A stretch of 63,156 bases of DNA, filler included, from Reticulomyxa filosa (taxonomy: Eukaryota > Protista > Foraminifera), in the NCBI GenBank assembly GCA_000512085.1. It is 16 parts of 16 records of this genome, joined end to end, with 100 filler letters (N's around TTAATTAATTAA, not from the genome) between each part and the next. Parts side by side here need not be neighbours in the genome. Positions count along the whole stretch, not along the records: positions 38,538 to 39,774 come from ASPP01047840.1; positions 39,875 to 46,135 come from ASPP01041207.1; positions 46,236 to 48,559 come from ASPP01024690.1; positions 48,660 to 60,715 come from ASPP01010954.1; 12 more parts are not named here. One strand, given 5' to 3'. Both the position numbers and the translations under genes were made by a program. Within the stretch, counting starts at the first letter, position 1, and the number at the start of each line of letters is the position of its first letter. Positions 38,538 to 50,877 of this stretch are shown here, piece by piece. Below the pieces are notes generated by a model. It was not told the DNA's origin. It made no database searches and was given only the letters and a program-made list of their open reading frames with translations.

Positions 38538-39460
38538 AATGATTTTGATGTTTCAACATCCCATAAACAAATTGTATCGTCTAATGATCCAGAACACAAA
38601 TATCTACCACCATAAAATGTTGAAAATTCAATTTTAGTATCAATAGTGCGTCCATTGAATATTGTAATTGATTATTATGTTTGAAATCCCAAAAACTAAT
38701 GGTATTGTCAAATGATGAAGAACAAATGACATTTTGACGATGATTATGATAATGATATGATGAAAATTTCACACCATACACAATATTTGAATACCCATTG
38801 AATGATTAAATTTGTTTGTTGTTATCAATATCCCGTACACGAACTGTTCGATCATCAGATCCAGAACAAATGAACTGACAATCATCAAATATTGAATAAT
38901 CAATACTCCACACAACGCTTGTATGTCCAGTGAAAGTATTGGATTAATTTAGATGATGAGCGAAATGTGTCAAACATGAAGAATGTAGTTGCCTGTGTTA
39001 ACAGTGATGATAAAAGATAATAAATATATTTGTTTATTTTTTATTTAAATAAAATGAAAGACAGAAATTAAAAAAAACTTAACATAGTTTGCAACTAATT
39101 TATTGAAATCATTTATCCATCCAAATTTAATATATAATATTCGAATCCAATGCTGAATGATGATTTGGATCTTGTTTTCATCTAGCTAATTCAATCACAA
39201 GCCACATACAATAAATACAATAAAAATTTGAAGACAATAAAATTTTTTATAAAGTTTGAATAAAACTTACCATTGTAATACCAGTTGTTGTTTTATGATT
39301 AGATTTTCATTATTTATTTTTGAAATTTCTTCATTTTGTTTTTTTTCATTTAATTCTTTTTCTAATTTCAATTGTTTAAGTTGTTAAATTTCTTTGTTTT
39401 TTTCGTTGTCACTTTCTTTCAGCTTTTCAATTTCTGCATTACTTTTTAAGTTCATCTTTC
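38538..39460 (-). pseudogene. WD40-repeat family pseudogene
   Basis: FTGHTSVVWSIDYS, CSGSDDRTVRV, SSSFDNTISFWD, GRYLCSG, LWDVETSKS with frameshifts and stops. Confidence 0.85.
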
Positions 39461-39774
39461 TTAATTCTTCCTTTTTTTTTTTGTTTTAAAATGTTTCACT
39501 TTATTTATTTATTTTATTGTAATTATTTTAAAAAACTCAAAAATAATCAAAGTTCAAGTTTTGAATTGATAATAAAAAAAATTAAATGACAGCAATGATG
39601 ATTACAACTTTCAGAAGAGCCGGACTTACATGTAGAACAATGGACAAGCTGCCAAGCTGGGCTCTTGTTCCTTGTATTCTTATTAGACGACTTCGTCAAC
39701 CCAACACGTACCAAGTAGCATTGGATGAAGAGCACCAAAGGGCTCAATACATAAAAAAGCTAAAAGGACAACAA

Positions 39775-39874
39775 NNNNNNNNNNNNNNNNNNNNNNNNNN
39801 NNNNNNNNNNNNNNNNNNTTAATTAATTAANNNNNNNNNNNNNNNNNNNNNNNNNNNNNNNNNNNNNNNNNNNN
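39775..39874. other. Artificial contig spacer
   Basis: N44-TTAATTAATTAA-N44. Confidence 0.99.
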
Positions 39875-40430
39875 GTTTAATATATTCCATAATATATAAA
39901 GAGACATTGATCTGACAACCATCAATTCTTCTCTTTCTTTCAACCTATCATTTTTTATATCTAAAACTTTTTCACTTCCTTTGATGAAAAGAAATAAACA
40001 AATAAACGTTGTGTGTTAAACCTATTGATGTCACGAGAAGAACAAATTTCTTCCAATTTGAGTCTTGTTTCATAAAAAATTTGATCACATTGTTTCCATA
40101 TATTTAAAATCTCTGTTCTATTCACTCGATTACCAAAATCTTCCAATAACGAGAGTAAGAGCTTTTGATCATCGTGAAATATTCTATTTATTGAAAGAGC
40201 AAAGTTAATACACTTCAGAAAAAGATAATTAGACACTTAGATTTAATGGTCAACCTATTATCATTGATACAGTGCAATATTTTATTTGTTTCGTCAAAAT
40301 CTCCGTCACAATAGTCCCATGCTTGTAAAATGATTTCTTTCTCAATCTCAGGAAAATTCTGTTGGAGTGGCCATATATTATTGTCTCCTGTTTGCTTTGA
40401 GAGCTTACCTCGCTTGTATTTTGAAGTCAT
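39875..40430 (-). CDS. Hypothetical protein with CUE/UBA-like N-terminal repeats, 3'-truncated
   Basis: LQQNFPEIEKEIILQAWDYCDGDFDETNKIL and a related unit LLEDFGNRVNRTEILNIWKQCDQIFYETRLKL. Confidence 0.5.
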
Positions 40431-41469
40431 TTACAATTAACAAAAAAAAGAGTATTACGGGGACACGTTAAATTAAAGAAGTTTACTGTCTCTCCTTTTG
40501 TTAGAACCTTGGTTTAGCATTACGGCGTAGCTTTTCAATTTGTAATCTTTTCTGCAAAGCTAAAATGCAAATTTAGAAGAGTTTTTTCAAATGATTGTTA
40601 ACAAAACTCTATCTTATCAAATTTAGCACATCAAGAAATACTTTCATTCCTTTTGGATTGAATTTATTTCTCTTAATTGTGGCAAAAGGAAGTCTTGTTC
40701 AAGTAAATGAGAAATAAATCGACTTTGCATTTTTATAGACACTTCTACGAATTGGAATATTCATTGGTTAATGAAATGTAATATCATCACAAATCAAATA
40801 TTCCAAAGACAAAAGTAAAATTGTAAATTCCGACGATAATCTTTATTTTAAGATTATAACAAAGAAAGTGACGTCAAAATAAATAAATATCATAATTACT
40901 CAGCATTAATAAAAAAAAAACATTCAGTAATATTTCACCCCAAAAATTAAAAAAACAAAGTTCACTAAAAAGAGAACAAAGATATAAAAAAAAGAACTGC
41001 CATCAATAATAGATAAATGAAATGAATAAAAAATTGCTTGCATATGTGAATGTATTGTGGTGGGCAATACCACTTTTTATTTTCTTCTATTTAATCATTA
41101 CTTCTAATCTTGTTCAAATAATGGAACAGAATATTATTCACTTTTTTTTAATGAGAAAAAAGACGAAGCAATTTGTTTCGATTTCACGGTTAAAGTATGG
41201 GACGTAACCTCTGGCAAAAAACAAAACACTCGCGGACGAAACCTAGTGTTTCTAACCTTTGAAGAAATAAAGAAAGACTTAGATTACTTTTTTATTTTTG
41301 TTGAATCCATTTACTTATACTAATCTGTTTCATTGTCCAACAAGTCTGTCTTTGCTTAAAGTTTCAATAATCATAAAAAAAATGGGAAATATGAGCTCCT
41401 CCAAGATGAAAGGGGCTGTGAATGTTTACTTATATTATAAGCCTGCCAATCCCAAAAAAAGTCTAGATA

Positions 41470-42510
41470 ATGGAGGATCATCAAGAACAAACAGACATAG
41501 AGTTTTTGAATAGCAATGGGATAGATGATCCAGAAAGTAATGGTTTTTTTGCACTGGAAAGCATAAGAAAGTCAATCCTCGATAAATATTCCGACGAGGA
41601 GCCTACAACGTTTGGGGAGAAGCTAAGAGAATCATACGACGACATCGAGTCTCGCCAGCAGCGAAGAAAGTTTGAGAAGACGTTGGAAAACCGACACAAG
41701 CCATCGGACTCAAAGCCAGAGTCCACTGAGCGAGAAATAGCAGTGGCAACAAGCAAGCCCAAAAAGTTAATTAAAAAAAAAAATTCTAAAGGCAGCGCGC
41801 CACAAGAGCTTCCAATAAGAAGAACCCCTCCGAACGCAAGGTTCAGAGTTTCCCAAGAGTTTCAGTCAAGGGACCCAAGATTTCCAGCTCCTGGAGAGCC
41901 CAAAACGAAGCATCGTTTCGGAAAAAAAAATAAAATTCTTTTTAAAAAAAGTTTTCATTTTTTTTTAAAAAAAAAAGGGGATGTTAAAAAATTTACTAAA
42001 AAAAAAAACTAATCCATTTTCATAAAAAAAATAAAAAATGTAGGCGGATGGGAGTTACGAAAAGCGTATTCGTTTTTGGACGACTTGATGAAAAGAGATT
42101 TGGAGATAATCCAAAAGAAACTGCGCAAAGCCAAGAACGACGTGGTAAAAAAGTGTTTGCGCGAGGAGGCGATAAAAATTAAGAACCGAATGAATTCGGT
42201 AAAGGAAAGGGACATCGAACAACAGTCGAAAGCGAACCTTCGAAAGGAAGATGTCTCCAAAGTATCAAAGGGTGAGAAGAAGCCTTTTTTTATGAAGGTG
42301 ACCAAGAAACAGCTCAGCGGGGCGGTTAAGACTGGAAGGGACCAACCCAAGAAAGTTCAGGTCAAACAGGAGTACTTGAAAAACAAATTCAGCCAACTGA
42401 AACAGGAAGGCAAGTTAGACAAATATATGCGCAAACGAAGGAAAAAAGTCAACTCCAAGTTTAAACAGGCTCTTAATAAAAAAGGTGGAAGGGGTTGGCT
42501 GGACAATTAA
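41470..42510 (+). CDS. RRP36: rRNA biogenesis protein RRP36
   Basis: APQEL, RDPRF, RKAYSFLDD, KGEKKPFFMK, KFSQLKQEGKLDKYMRKRRKK; intron 41915..42043. Confidence 0.85.
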
Positions 42511-43157
42511 CTCTTTGTTTACTTCTCATATTTCAATTTCCCTCACTCTTTCATGTTCTTTAACATTGTTTTTTTAAAAAAATAGAGTACACAAATGCAT
42601 TCTTTTTCTCCACCTTTGCTACACTCATTCGCAACTCATTATTTGCATCAACTTTGTCTTATTTTATTGATTTTTATTTTGTTTTATTTTTTTTTACTTA
42701 GTTTCGATTTTTTTTGTCATAGTTGATTAATTAATATTCAATCATCGTAATTCATCTTATTCGCTTTGTATCGACTTTTTTTTTTTTGCTTAAACGTTTA
42801 GTCAAAACATATCCATTTCAACTCGCAAACTTTACACTGTCACGCAGAACGCGAGCTCTTTAAAACTCGACGGAACGTTTGGCCCTTTATATGAAACATC
42901 TCCACTGTTACTACTTGTAGTTTTGCACAATAGAAATAGCAGTATTTGGAGGCAGTTCACAGCATGTCAGGATTGAATATGAAACACATTGCAGTGTGTT
43001 TATTACTGACAATCTTTGATTTTTAAAAAAAAAAATGAACCAAAAATACAGAATAAAATTAGTTACACATTGACGTAAAAAGTCTTTTTTAAAAAAAACA
43101 AATGAAATTTCATCAAAAAAAAAGAATGTTTGTTTGTTTTGCTTGAGTAGATCGTGA

Positions 43158-44331
43158 TCACCCCCAAATGTAAATTTTTCCGTACAAAGAGCCTGATACA
43201 ATTATACTTCCATCAGACGAAACATCCACGCGCTGTGCCAAGCCATAATCTTCTAACTTTTGTTTTTGGCGACCTGACTTTACGTCCCACAGACGAATAG
43301 AGCAATCATCAGAGCAAGATACAATAGTTTGACCATCTGGAAGATATCTAACATCATTTACTTCATCATCATGTCCCTCCAAAATTTGCAGCTGTTGTGC
43401 AGACTCTGAATCCCATATGCGAATGGTGGTGTCTTTTGAGCATGATACAATATATTTACCATCTGGAGAAAATCTTGCACGTCGTACAATATCGGAATGT
43501 CCAATGAATTGTCTTAATCTTTGTCCTAATTCCATATTCCATAAATCAAATGTTTTGTCATTAAATGTCGATACAATCATTTGACCATCTGGCGAATATT
43601 GCACACTGTTGACATCACTTAAATGACCCTCCAATTTTTTGATCTCTTTTCCATTTTTCACATCCCATAATCGAATTGTTTTATCTTCTGAACCTGATAC
43701 AATATATTTACCATCTGGAGAAAAGTTTATATCATATACCGAATCCTCATGTCCTTCCAATTTCATCAATTCATTTCCTGATTCTACATTCCATAATCGA
43801 ATTGTATTATCACATGAACATGATGCCACTATATTTTCATTTGGTGAAAATTCTGCCGCCATTGTCCAATCCGAATGTCCTTTCAAAATTTGAATTTGCT
43901 TTTTAGAACTAATGTCCCATATTCGAACTGTATCATCACTTGATGATGAAATAACCTTTTCATCATCTCCTGAAAATCGTACGCATTTTATTGCGTCGTT
44001 GTGCTCACCTAACATTTTCAATGATCGGAAATATTTCGTCTATGTTTTGCATTCTTATTTATTAATCACACATTTAAATGCTCCCCCCCCCCCTCCTTAC
44101 TTACCTCAATAAATATACACCAAGACATTGCTTAACATATTCAAACACAATCCTGTCAAAATCATCAATCCATCCTAATTTAATATTCAAATTTCGAATC
44201 CAGTTTTTGATAATTTCTTTAATCTCTTTTTTTGACTAATCAGTCATGTCAAAGTCGTTTGTACTTTTAAGAAAAACACTGCAAAAGTCCTAAGATGTTT
44301 GAAGAAAAATTACCAATTGTGGTCTTGTCAT
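43158..44331 (-). CDS. WD40-repeat protein (about 7 regular GH...WD repeats)
   Basis: Intact 287-aa exon of LEGH...FSPDG.IVSGS.D.TIRLWD repeats plus short upstream exons. Confidence 0.9.
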
Positions 44332-45512
44332 TTCTCTTCGTTGATGATTTTATCCTTTTTTTTTTATTATCAATTAATGGATAATGAAAAGTGGCTTTGA
44401 ACTTTTACATTTTTAGACCTTTTTTTTTTGTAACAACTAGGCCATTTCAAAACTGTTCTCTAATTAGCACGTTTAAAATTCCTTTTACATTATTCCAAAA
44501 AATCTTGAATTTCACATTTTTAGAGATAAATCAATAAAAAAATTTCTAAATCTTTTTTGTTGTTACTGTGCACGTGTTGTTTCCTTGTTAGCTAGCAAGA
44601 GTCGTATTGAGATCTTCTCAGACGATAACAAGATAGTTTTGATGCTAGCTTACATATGGAACGTTGAATCACAAGAATTGTCAAATATTCAGAGGACATC
44701 AACACTAGATTTACGACGCAGTTTTATCAGACAGAATTTAGTGTCATGTTCATGTAAAAAGCGATTTGCTTTGGTTTGTCAACACGTTTAGATTTGCATT
44801 TTGACAATTTATTAGCACTATCTATTCTGTCTCGTTATTTTTGTCTTTTTTTAAAGAAATATTTCATCATTTTTTTAATGCATTTTTTTTCTTTAATTTT
44901 TCAATCTGGTACAACCAGAATTTTCTGTTGATCAACATATACATTTTTTTCATTTGTTGATAATTGACTTATTATTGATTGCATAATAGTTTGTAATTTT
45001 TTATTTTTTTATGTTGCAGTGCAACGACATGCAACTATGACCAAAGTGTAATGTACTTGAACCTTTTTGTTACACAAGTAAAATGATTGTAAACGTTTTT
45101 AAAAAGCGAATTGTACTTACAGTACTCTTCCTCAAAGTAAAAAGAGGAGAAAAGGAGCAGCATTTTTTTTTGTGTATTTAATGAATTGATGTTGATGGAT
45201 CGCATTATTGAATAATAATTTATTTCCGCAAAAATTATAATACAAGCCAAGGAGATATTCGCATTGTATTCATTTCGTACAAAGCGCTTTTAGCTCATAG
45301 CATCTCAATAGAAGGACCAGCCGTCCCTAATTGCTGCAAAAGCAAGTAGAAAGCAGTCTCATCGACTCTGCAAAAAAAAAAAACAAACAAAAACTCGTGG
45401 CCAACACGACATTATCGCCTTCACATCGAATTGAAAGAGTCCGATTGAAAAAGCAAGAAAATAAAGGTAGCATACGAGCAGTTGTGCAAAGCAAGTGTGA
45501 GAAGAGAGCGCA

Positions 45513-46135
45513 ATGTCATCAAAGGCAGGATCAATAGCAAACAGTCCAAGCCAGCCAACGACCGATAATGGAAACGCGTCCTCGAGCACGACAGCGAATG
45601 GCAATGGAGGCAACGCCAACGACGTGAGCAGCGAAAGCGGACCCAACGGCGCGCCCTCTCGCGATCACAGTCCAGGCACGAGAAGTAGAAAGCATTCCAA
45701 GGCCTACAGTCACGACGTTGGTGGACCAAATGTACCAGTGCCAAAGCCAGCACCCGACCGCGTTTTCAGAGCTATGGAGGTCCTTTTTTTTTTTTTAAAA
45801 AAAAAAAAAGGGGGGGGAGTTTGTGAAAACATTGTCAGTAATGATGTTGCGAATGGTCCTCACAGAACACTCGTGCTCCAGCAAACAGTCGAAGTGGCAA
45901 CGAAGCGGTGGACGCGTCGACCGCGATCAAGACAATGACGAGGGGACGCAAGAACACAGACACCAAGAGCAGCACCAACTTGATGAAAACGAGCAATCCA
46001 AAGAAGACCATTGATGGTGCCGATCCATCGTCGCAAGAGACTGACAATAACAACAATAACAATAATAATAATAACAATAATAATAACAATAATAATAACA
46101 ATAATAATAACAATAGCAATGACAGTGGACAGACC
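45513..46135 (+). CDS. Low-complexity hypothetical protein with poly-Asn, 3'-truncated
   Basis: GC-richer exons 45513..~45779 and ~45880..46135; (AAT/AAC)n at 46046-46120. Confidence 0.5.
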
Positions 46136-46235
46136 NNNNNNNNNNNNNNNNNNNNNNNNNNNNNNNNNNNNNNNNNNNNTTAATTAATTAANNNNNNNNN
46201 NNNNNNNNNNNNNNNNNNNNNNNNNNNNNNNNNNN
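46136..46235. other. Artificial contig spacer
   Basis: N44-TTAATTAATTAA-N44. Confidence 0.99.
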
Positions 46236-47624
46236 CACACTCAATTGTCGCTGTAGCGTTTCCGCCACTGGTCACAATTGTGATAGGGTCCTTTTTTCCC
46301 GGTAAATCTGCTTTGACTTTAAAAATAATTGCAAACTACGTCGAACCTTCGTCAAGTTTGCTTCTCTCAACTGTTGGAGAGTCCTTTTTTTTTGAGTGTT
46401 GTATCATTTTGATAAGAGATCAGGTCTTTTAAAAAGATGTGTTTTTGACAGATCATTGTATACGTTATTAGATTTGAAATGTTTTGAAATGAGATTGATC
46501 ACAATAAAGTGATAAAAAAATACATAAAAACATGACGCCGCTAAACAGATTGAGTGAAACAGCAAACAATTTGATGTCCTCTCTTGACTGTGGAGATAAA
46601 TGTACAACGTCAACCTTGCATGTTGCCAATGTCAGGAAAGACCACAATAGGCAAGCGTATTTGCTTGGGCCGTGATGGACAGCCCTTTTTCTCCGAATGG
46701 TGTTGTTGTTTTGAATGGCTTGAGTTTACACTGACTGTTCTCTTTCTTTTTCGGCAGCTGTTGCACTTTGCAGAGGAATATATTGGTGAAGAAGCTCTTC
46801 ATGTTGTCTACGTTGGATTGTTATGTTGTTTAAAGAGAGAAGAGGAAAAATAATGACTCCTTCCAAAAACAATTTTGATTTTCAATTATCTGTAAGTAAC
46901 CCGTTTTTTTGGAATCACCATTATAGAAATACTACACAAAAATTTTAACAATTCTTTTTTTCAAATTTTTTGTCAAAAATGCAAAATATTCCAAAAAAAT
47001 TACAAATTTACATCTTTTTTGTAAACATTTATGAGTTGTGCATTACGTCTTAACAAAAAAAAAAGGCTATGTTATGGCTCTAAATCAGGTCAATCCAGTT
47101 TTGGCAGGAAAGCTCTTTCTCGTTTTGAAAGTAAAACCATGTAATAAAAAATTGAAGTGAGAAAACCAACTTTTGATCCGACCTATTTTTATACTTTAAA
47201 AAATTCATATTAGAAGGAGGCTACCTTCTCCAACTTAAAAAAAATCAAATTTGCATGAAAATCAGTTGATGTTTGAATATAGACTGTAAAATTTTTTATC
47301 ACTGCCTTTGTTTTTAAATGTGAAAAGATAACAACAGTTAATTAATAAATGAATAACGTAAAATGGAAAATCAATCACATTCTACAATAATTTAAAAATA
47401 AAATTAATCTCAAAAAGTGAGACTCATTAAAATTCCAATGCTTGATGCCATTCAGCACGAAGTCGATCCTTTTGAATAGATGTTTATTTTCAATCTCATT
47501 GATTAATGGTTGTATCAACTTTAAAATTTTCTAAATTAACAGTAAATAGCGATAATGATTATTCGTTAAAAGAAATCCAATAAAAGGGGAGGCCAGAGCA
47601 GGACAAAATTGAATATAAAGGAAT

Positions 47625-48355
47625 ATGGGAGAGGAAAAACAATCAAATATTGATACGAATATAGAAAAAGAAGTGATAGAAGATAGATGGAGGCCACCAA
47701 GCGCCATATATTATCAAGAAACTGAAAATGTCAGTCGTTTAGGCAAAGTAAAAGGAGGGAATGACCAACAAAAACATCCGGAGCAACCATCTCAGCTAAA
47801 AAAAAAGCAAAAAATCGCTACTGGACAACCAAAATTCATCTCCAAAATCATCGTATGAAATTTTTTTTTATTTTATTCTTTTGACTTGAGATTTCTATTT
47901 AACTATTTTTTAAAAAGTGCTTTCATTACAAGTACAACAACGGAAGCACTTCGTCTGTTTTGACCAGTCGATCCGAAGAAATGGCAACTAAGAAAGAAAA
48001 AATAAAAAAATAGTTAGTAAAAAAAAAAAAAGCAACAAGTTTTCGCAACTTAAGGGAAAAAGAGAAGAAAAAATTTCACATTTTGGGAAAAAAAAACGAT
48101 GACAGAAGGAAAGAACCGTTCTCGAAGTCGTCACAAACGAACCAAAGAACATGCAAATGACAGTTCTTCACTGTCTCGTTCGCCTTCATTTTCTAAGTCA
48201 AGGTCGACTAGTTATTCTCGTCATAGGTTCTTTGATTACTAAATTATACTCACTGCCCTCACCAGCTTATTTGTTCGTGACGTCTTAACAGGTCATCCGA
48301 AGCAATGTCGAAACTATCGACGCAAGTTGAATGTGCAAACTACAACAATCCCATT
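47625..48355 (+). CDS. Hypothetical multi-exon protein with RS-rich segment
   Basis: ORF 47625..47858 and a later exon RSRSRHKR...SRSPSFSKSRSTSYSR. Confidence 0.4.
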
Positions 48356-48559
48356 GTATGCATGCATATAATATTTATTAAATATTATATACATATGTAT
48401 ATATATTGTATATGTGTATATTTTTTTTTTTTGAGCAGTGAATGCAAAAGATGTGGTGTGTGATTTTGAAACATTTTTTGTTATTGTCAATTGGTTTTTT
48501 TTTTTGTATTTTTGTTGTTGGGGACAAGAACTGAACTTTGAGACCCTTTTTGGGTTTGG

Positions 48560-48659
48560 NNNNNNNNNNNNNNNNNNNNNNNNNNNNNNNNNNNNNNNNN
48601 NNNTTAATTAATTAANNNNNNNNNNNNNNNNNNNNNNNNNNNNNNNNNNNNNNNNNNNN
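48560..48659. other. Artificial contig spacer
   Basis: N44-TTAATTAATTAA-N44. Confidence 0.99.
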
Positions 48660-48689
<30 letters not shown>

Positions 48690-48691
<2 letters not shown>

Positions 48692-49194
48692 TACAAACAA
48701 CTTCAACACATCTGCGCGAAACGTGCTGAGAAGTGCAGGATTGGAGCTTGTCAATGACTTGCGATAACAATCGAGGATGCTCCATTTCGTGGAGCAAGTG
48801 AAAATAAATTATACCATTTTCTACGTCATCGTAGCAATTGATCCATGACTTTGTTTTTTTATTGCGTGTGTGTATGCGCTCTCTATTTTGCCTTTTTTTT
48901 ACTGACTCAAAGGCTAACCTTTTGTGAGCAAGTGTCACGCAAGGTGGAGTTTGGGAGATTTCGCATCCATTGGAACGGATCCAAATACGGCTTTCTTTGA
49001 CCTGCTTCGCTCTTATGTTTTAGTTTAAATGATTGACTGTTCACAAAGGGGTCGCTGATTCCAAAGAGATGCTGGAAAAATGATTGATTCGACAACAAAT
49101 GTCTTGAGCTCCCAATGATTCCTATCACAAAAACTGAATTGGGGGAATCATTACCCAAATTACCTGATTGCATCGATTGAAAGGAACTTTCCAT
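48690..49194 (-). CDS. Possible SMG8-like N-terminal fragment, 3'-truncated
   Basis: VFVIGIIG followed by INCYDDVENGIIYFHL resembles the SMG8 N-terminal pattern (from memory). Confidence 0.4.
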
Positions 49195-49735
49195 TCGTGA
49201 AGGTTATGTTCACTAAAAAACTCCAACATCTTTCATGGCTTCTGCCTGCAGCAACAGAAGACATCCGCATCGATTTACTTGTTAAATTAGCTAAGCAAAG
49301 TAACAATCAAAAGCTCTCATGTTGATCCTTTTTACTTGTACGTTAAGGATCAACAAAAATGTAGAAGTTACAAAGGATAATATTTTTATTGTAAAATGAA
49401 GTGCTACACGCGGATATTGAAAAAACATCTTCACAAGTGGTTGATTTTTACATATACGCTCCAAAAATGGATTTGATGTTAAAAATTGAAAAGTTTACAA
49501 GATGATTCTCTGGAACATTGGATGTACACTATTAAAGTTTGTGACATAAACCTAAAAGGTTTTAGTCATAAGTAATGCGTATTTCCGTGAGTTTTCAGTT
49601 AGCCAAAAAAAAACGTGAGAAAGTATTAAATGACAACTTTATAAGTCGCAGTCTTTGCCCACTTTTATTCGGAACAGTCAAATGCAATCGTGACCTTACA
49701 CAAATTTGACATATGTAAAAAAGTTATTCACAAGT

Positions 49736-50199
49736 TTACTTTTTGAAAGCACCGAACACCTGATCAAACGTTTCGCTATCGAGCAGATCCTATTAACAAC
49801 AATACTTGACCATTAACAATATGTCTTATTCTTGCCCTCTATTGTTGTATTGGAAAGATCAAACCTGAATTTCTTCACCCATGCAAATGAATTTTTTTTC
49901 TTTTTCGTCATTGCTGACAATGAAAATCTGAGGATATGTATTTTTTTTGCTGACGCTGAAATAACCATTTCGACGACCTTCGTTTTCACTTTGGGAGCCA
50001 TCCAATATCTCATATCGCACTTTTTTTGCGTCAAACGTGTTAAATACTTTACTGTTCACACTAGTTTGTTTGGTATTAGTTGCCAAAGAACTCCACAGTA
50101 CAACGATTTTCGCGTCTTTTGCTGTATTTTGTTTTCTATTGTTTGCATTTCAAGTTCAAAACAAAAAAAGACTAAACTTGTAGTAGTAGCTTGAGCCAT
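49736..50199 (-). CDS. SH3BGR/glutaredoxin-fold protein, 3 exons, complete
   Basis: Spliced: MAQATTT|TKDAKIVVLWSSLATNTKQ...FDAKKVRYEILDGS...RRN...YPQIFI...GEEIQ|DLLDSETFDQVFGAFKK*; no CxxC. Confidence 0.75.
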
Positions 50200-50877
50200 T
50201 CTAATCGATAAACCTTAACGATAAATTTCAGAAAGAACTTTTTAAACACGCTTTTTAGACAGGTTTTTCGGTCATGTGCACAGGTTATTTTGATGTGTTA
50301 ATTAAAATGGATGGAACTGTTAAAATAATAAACGATATCAGGACTTATACAATTGGACACTTTCTTTTAGTACACTGAAAAAAATTATCAAACCCATAGG
50401 GTTGTATTAAATCTACTTCACTCTTTTCACAACAACTGCTTTACTAACTTATTTCACAAGTAAATTAGGATTTGCTATCAACTATGATCCTTCAACTAAA
50501 AATCATTTTGAATTCACTCGTGAAGACTCTGAAAGACAACACAAACTTCTGCACAACTAATATAGGAAAGGTTTCAAACTCACACTATTCTTTTGTTGTA
50601 TGAAAGTTAGTAAAAATTTTGGAAAAGCTATTTATATTAACAACAGCCAACAATACAAAATGAATTACAAACCAAGAAAGATTTCTAGATCTATCGAATA
50701 GTAACAAAAATACAAAAATGAATCTTAAATTAACATTATTTTTCGATTAAAAAATTATATGAAAAAAGCATGACTGTCAACCCAAATTTAGAAAACCAAT
50801 GAAATAGTCAAATTTTTGAAAATTTTGGAAATGTTTTCTTTTCACAATTCCTAGTTTTTTTTTTTAAAGGAGAAAAC

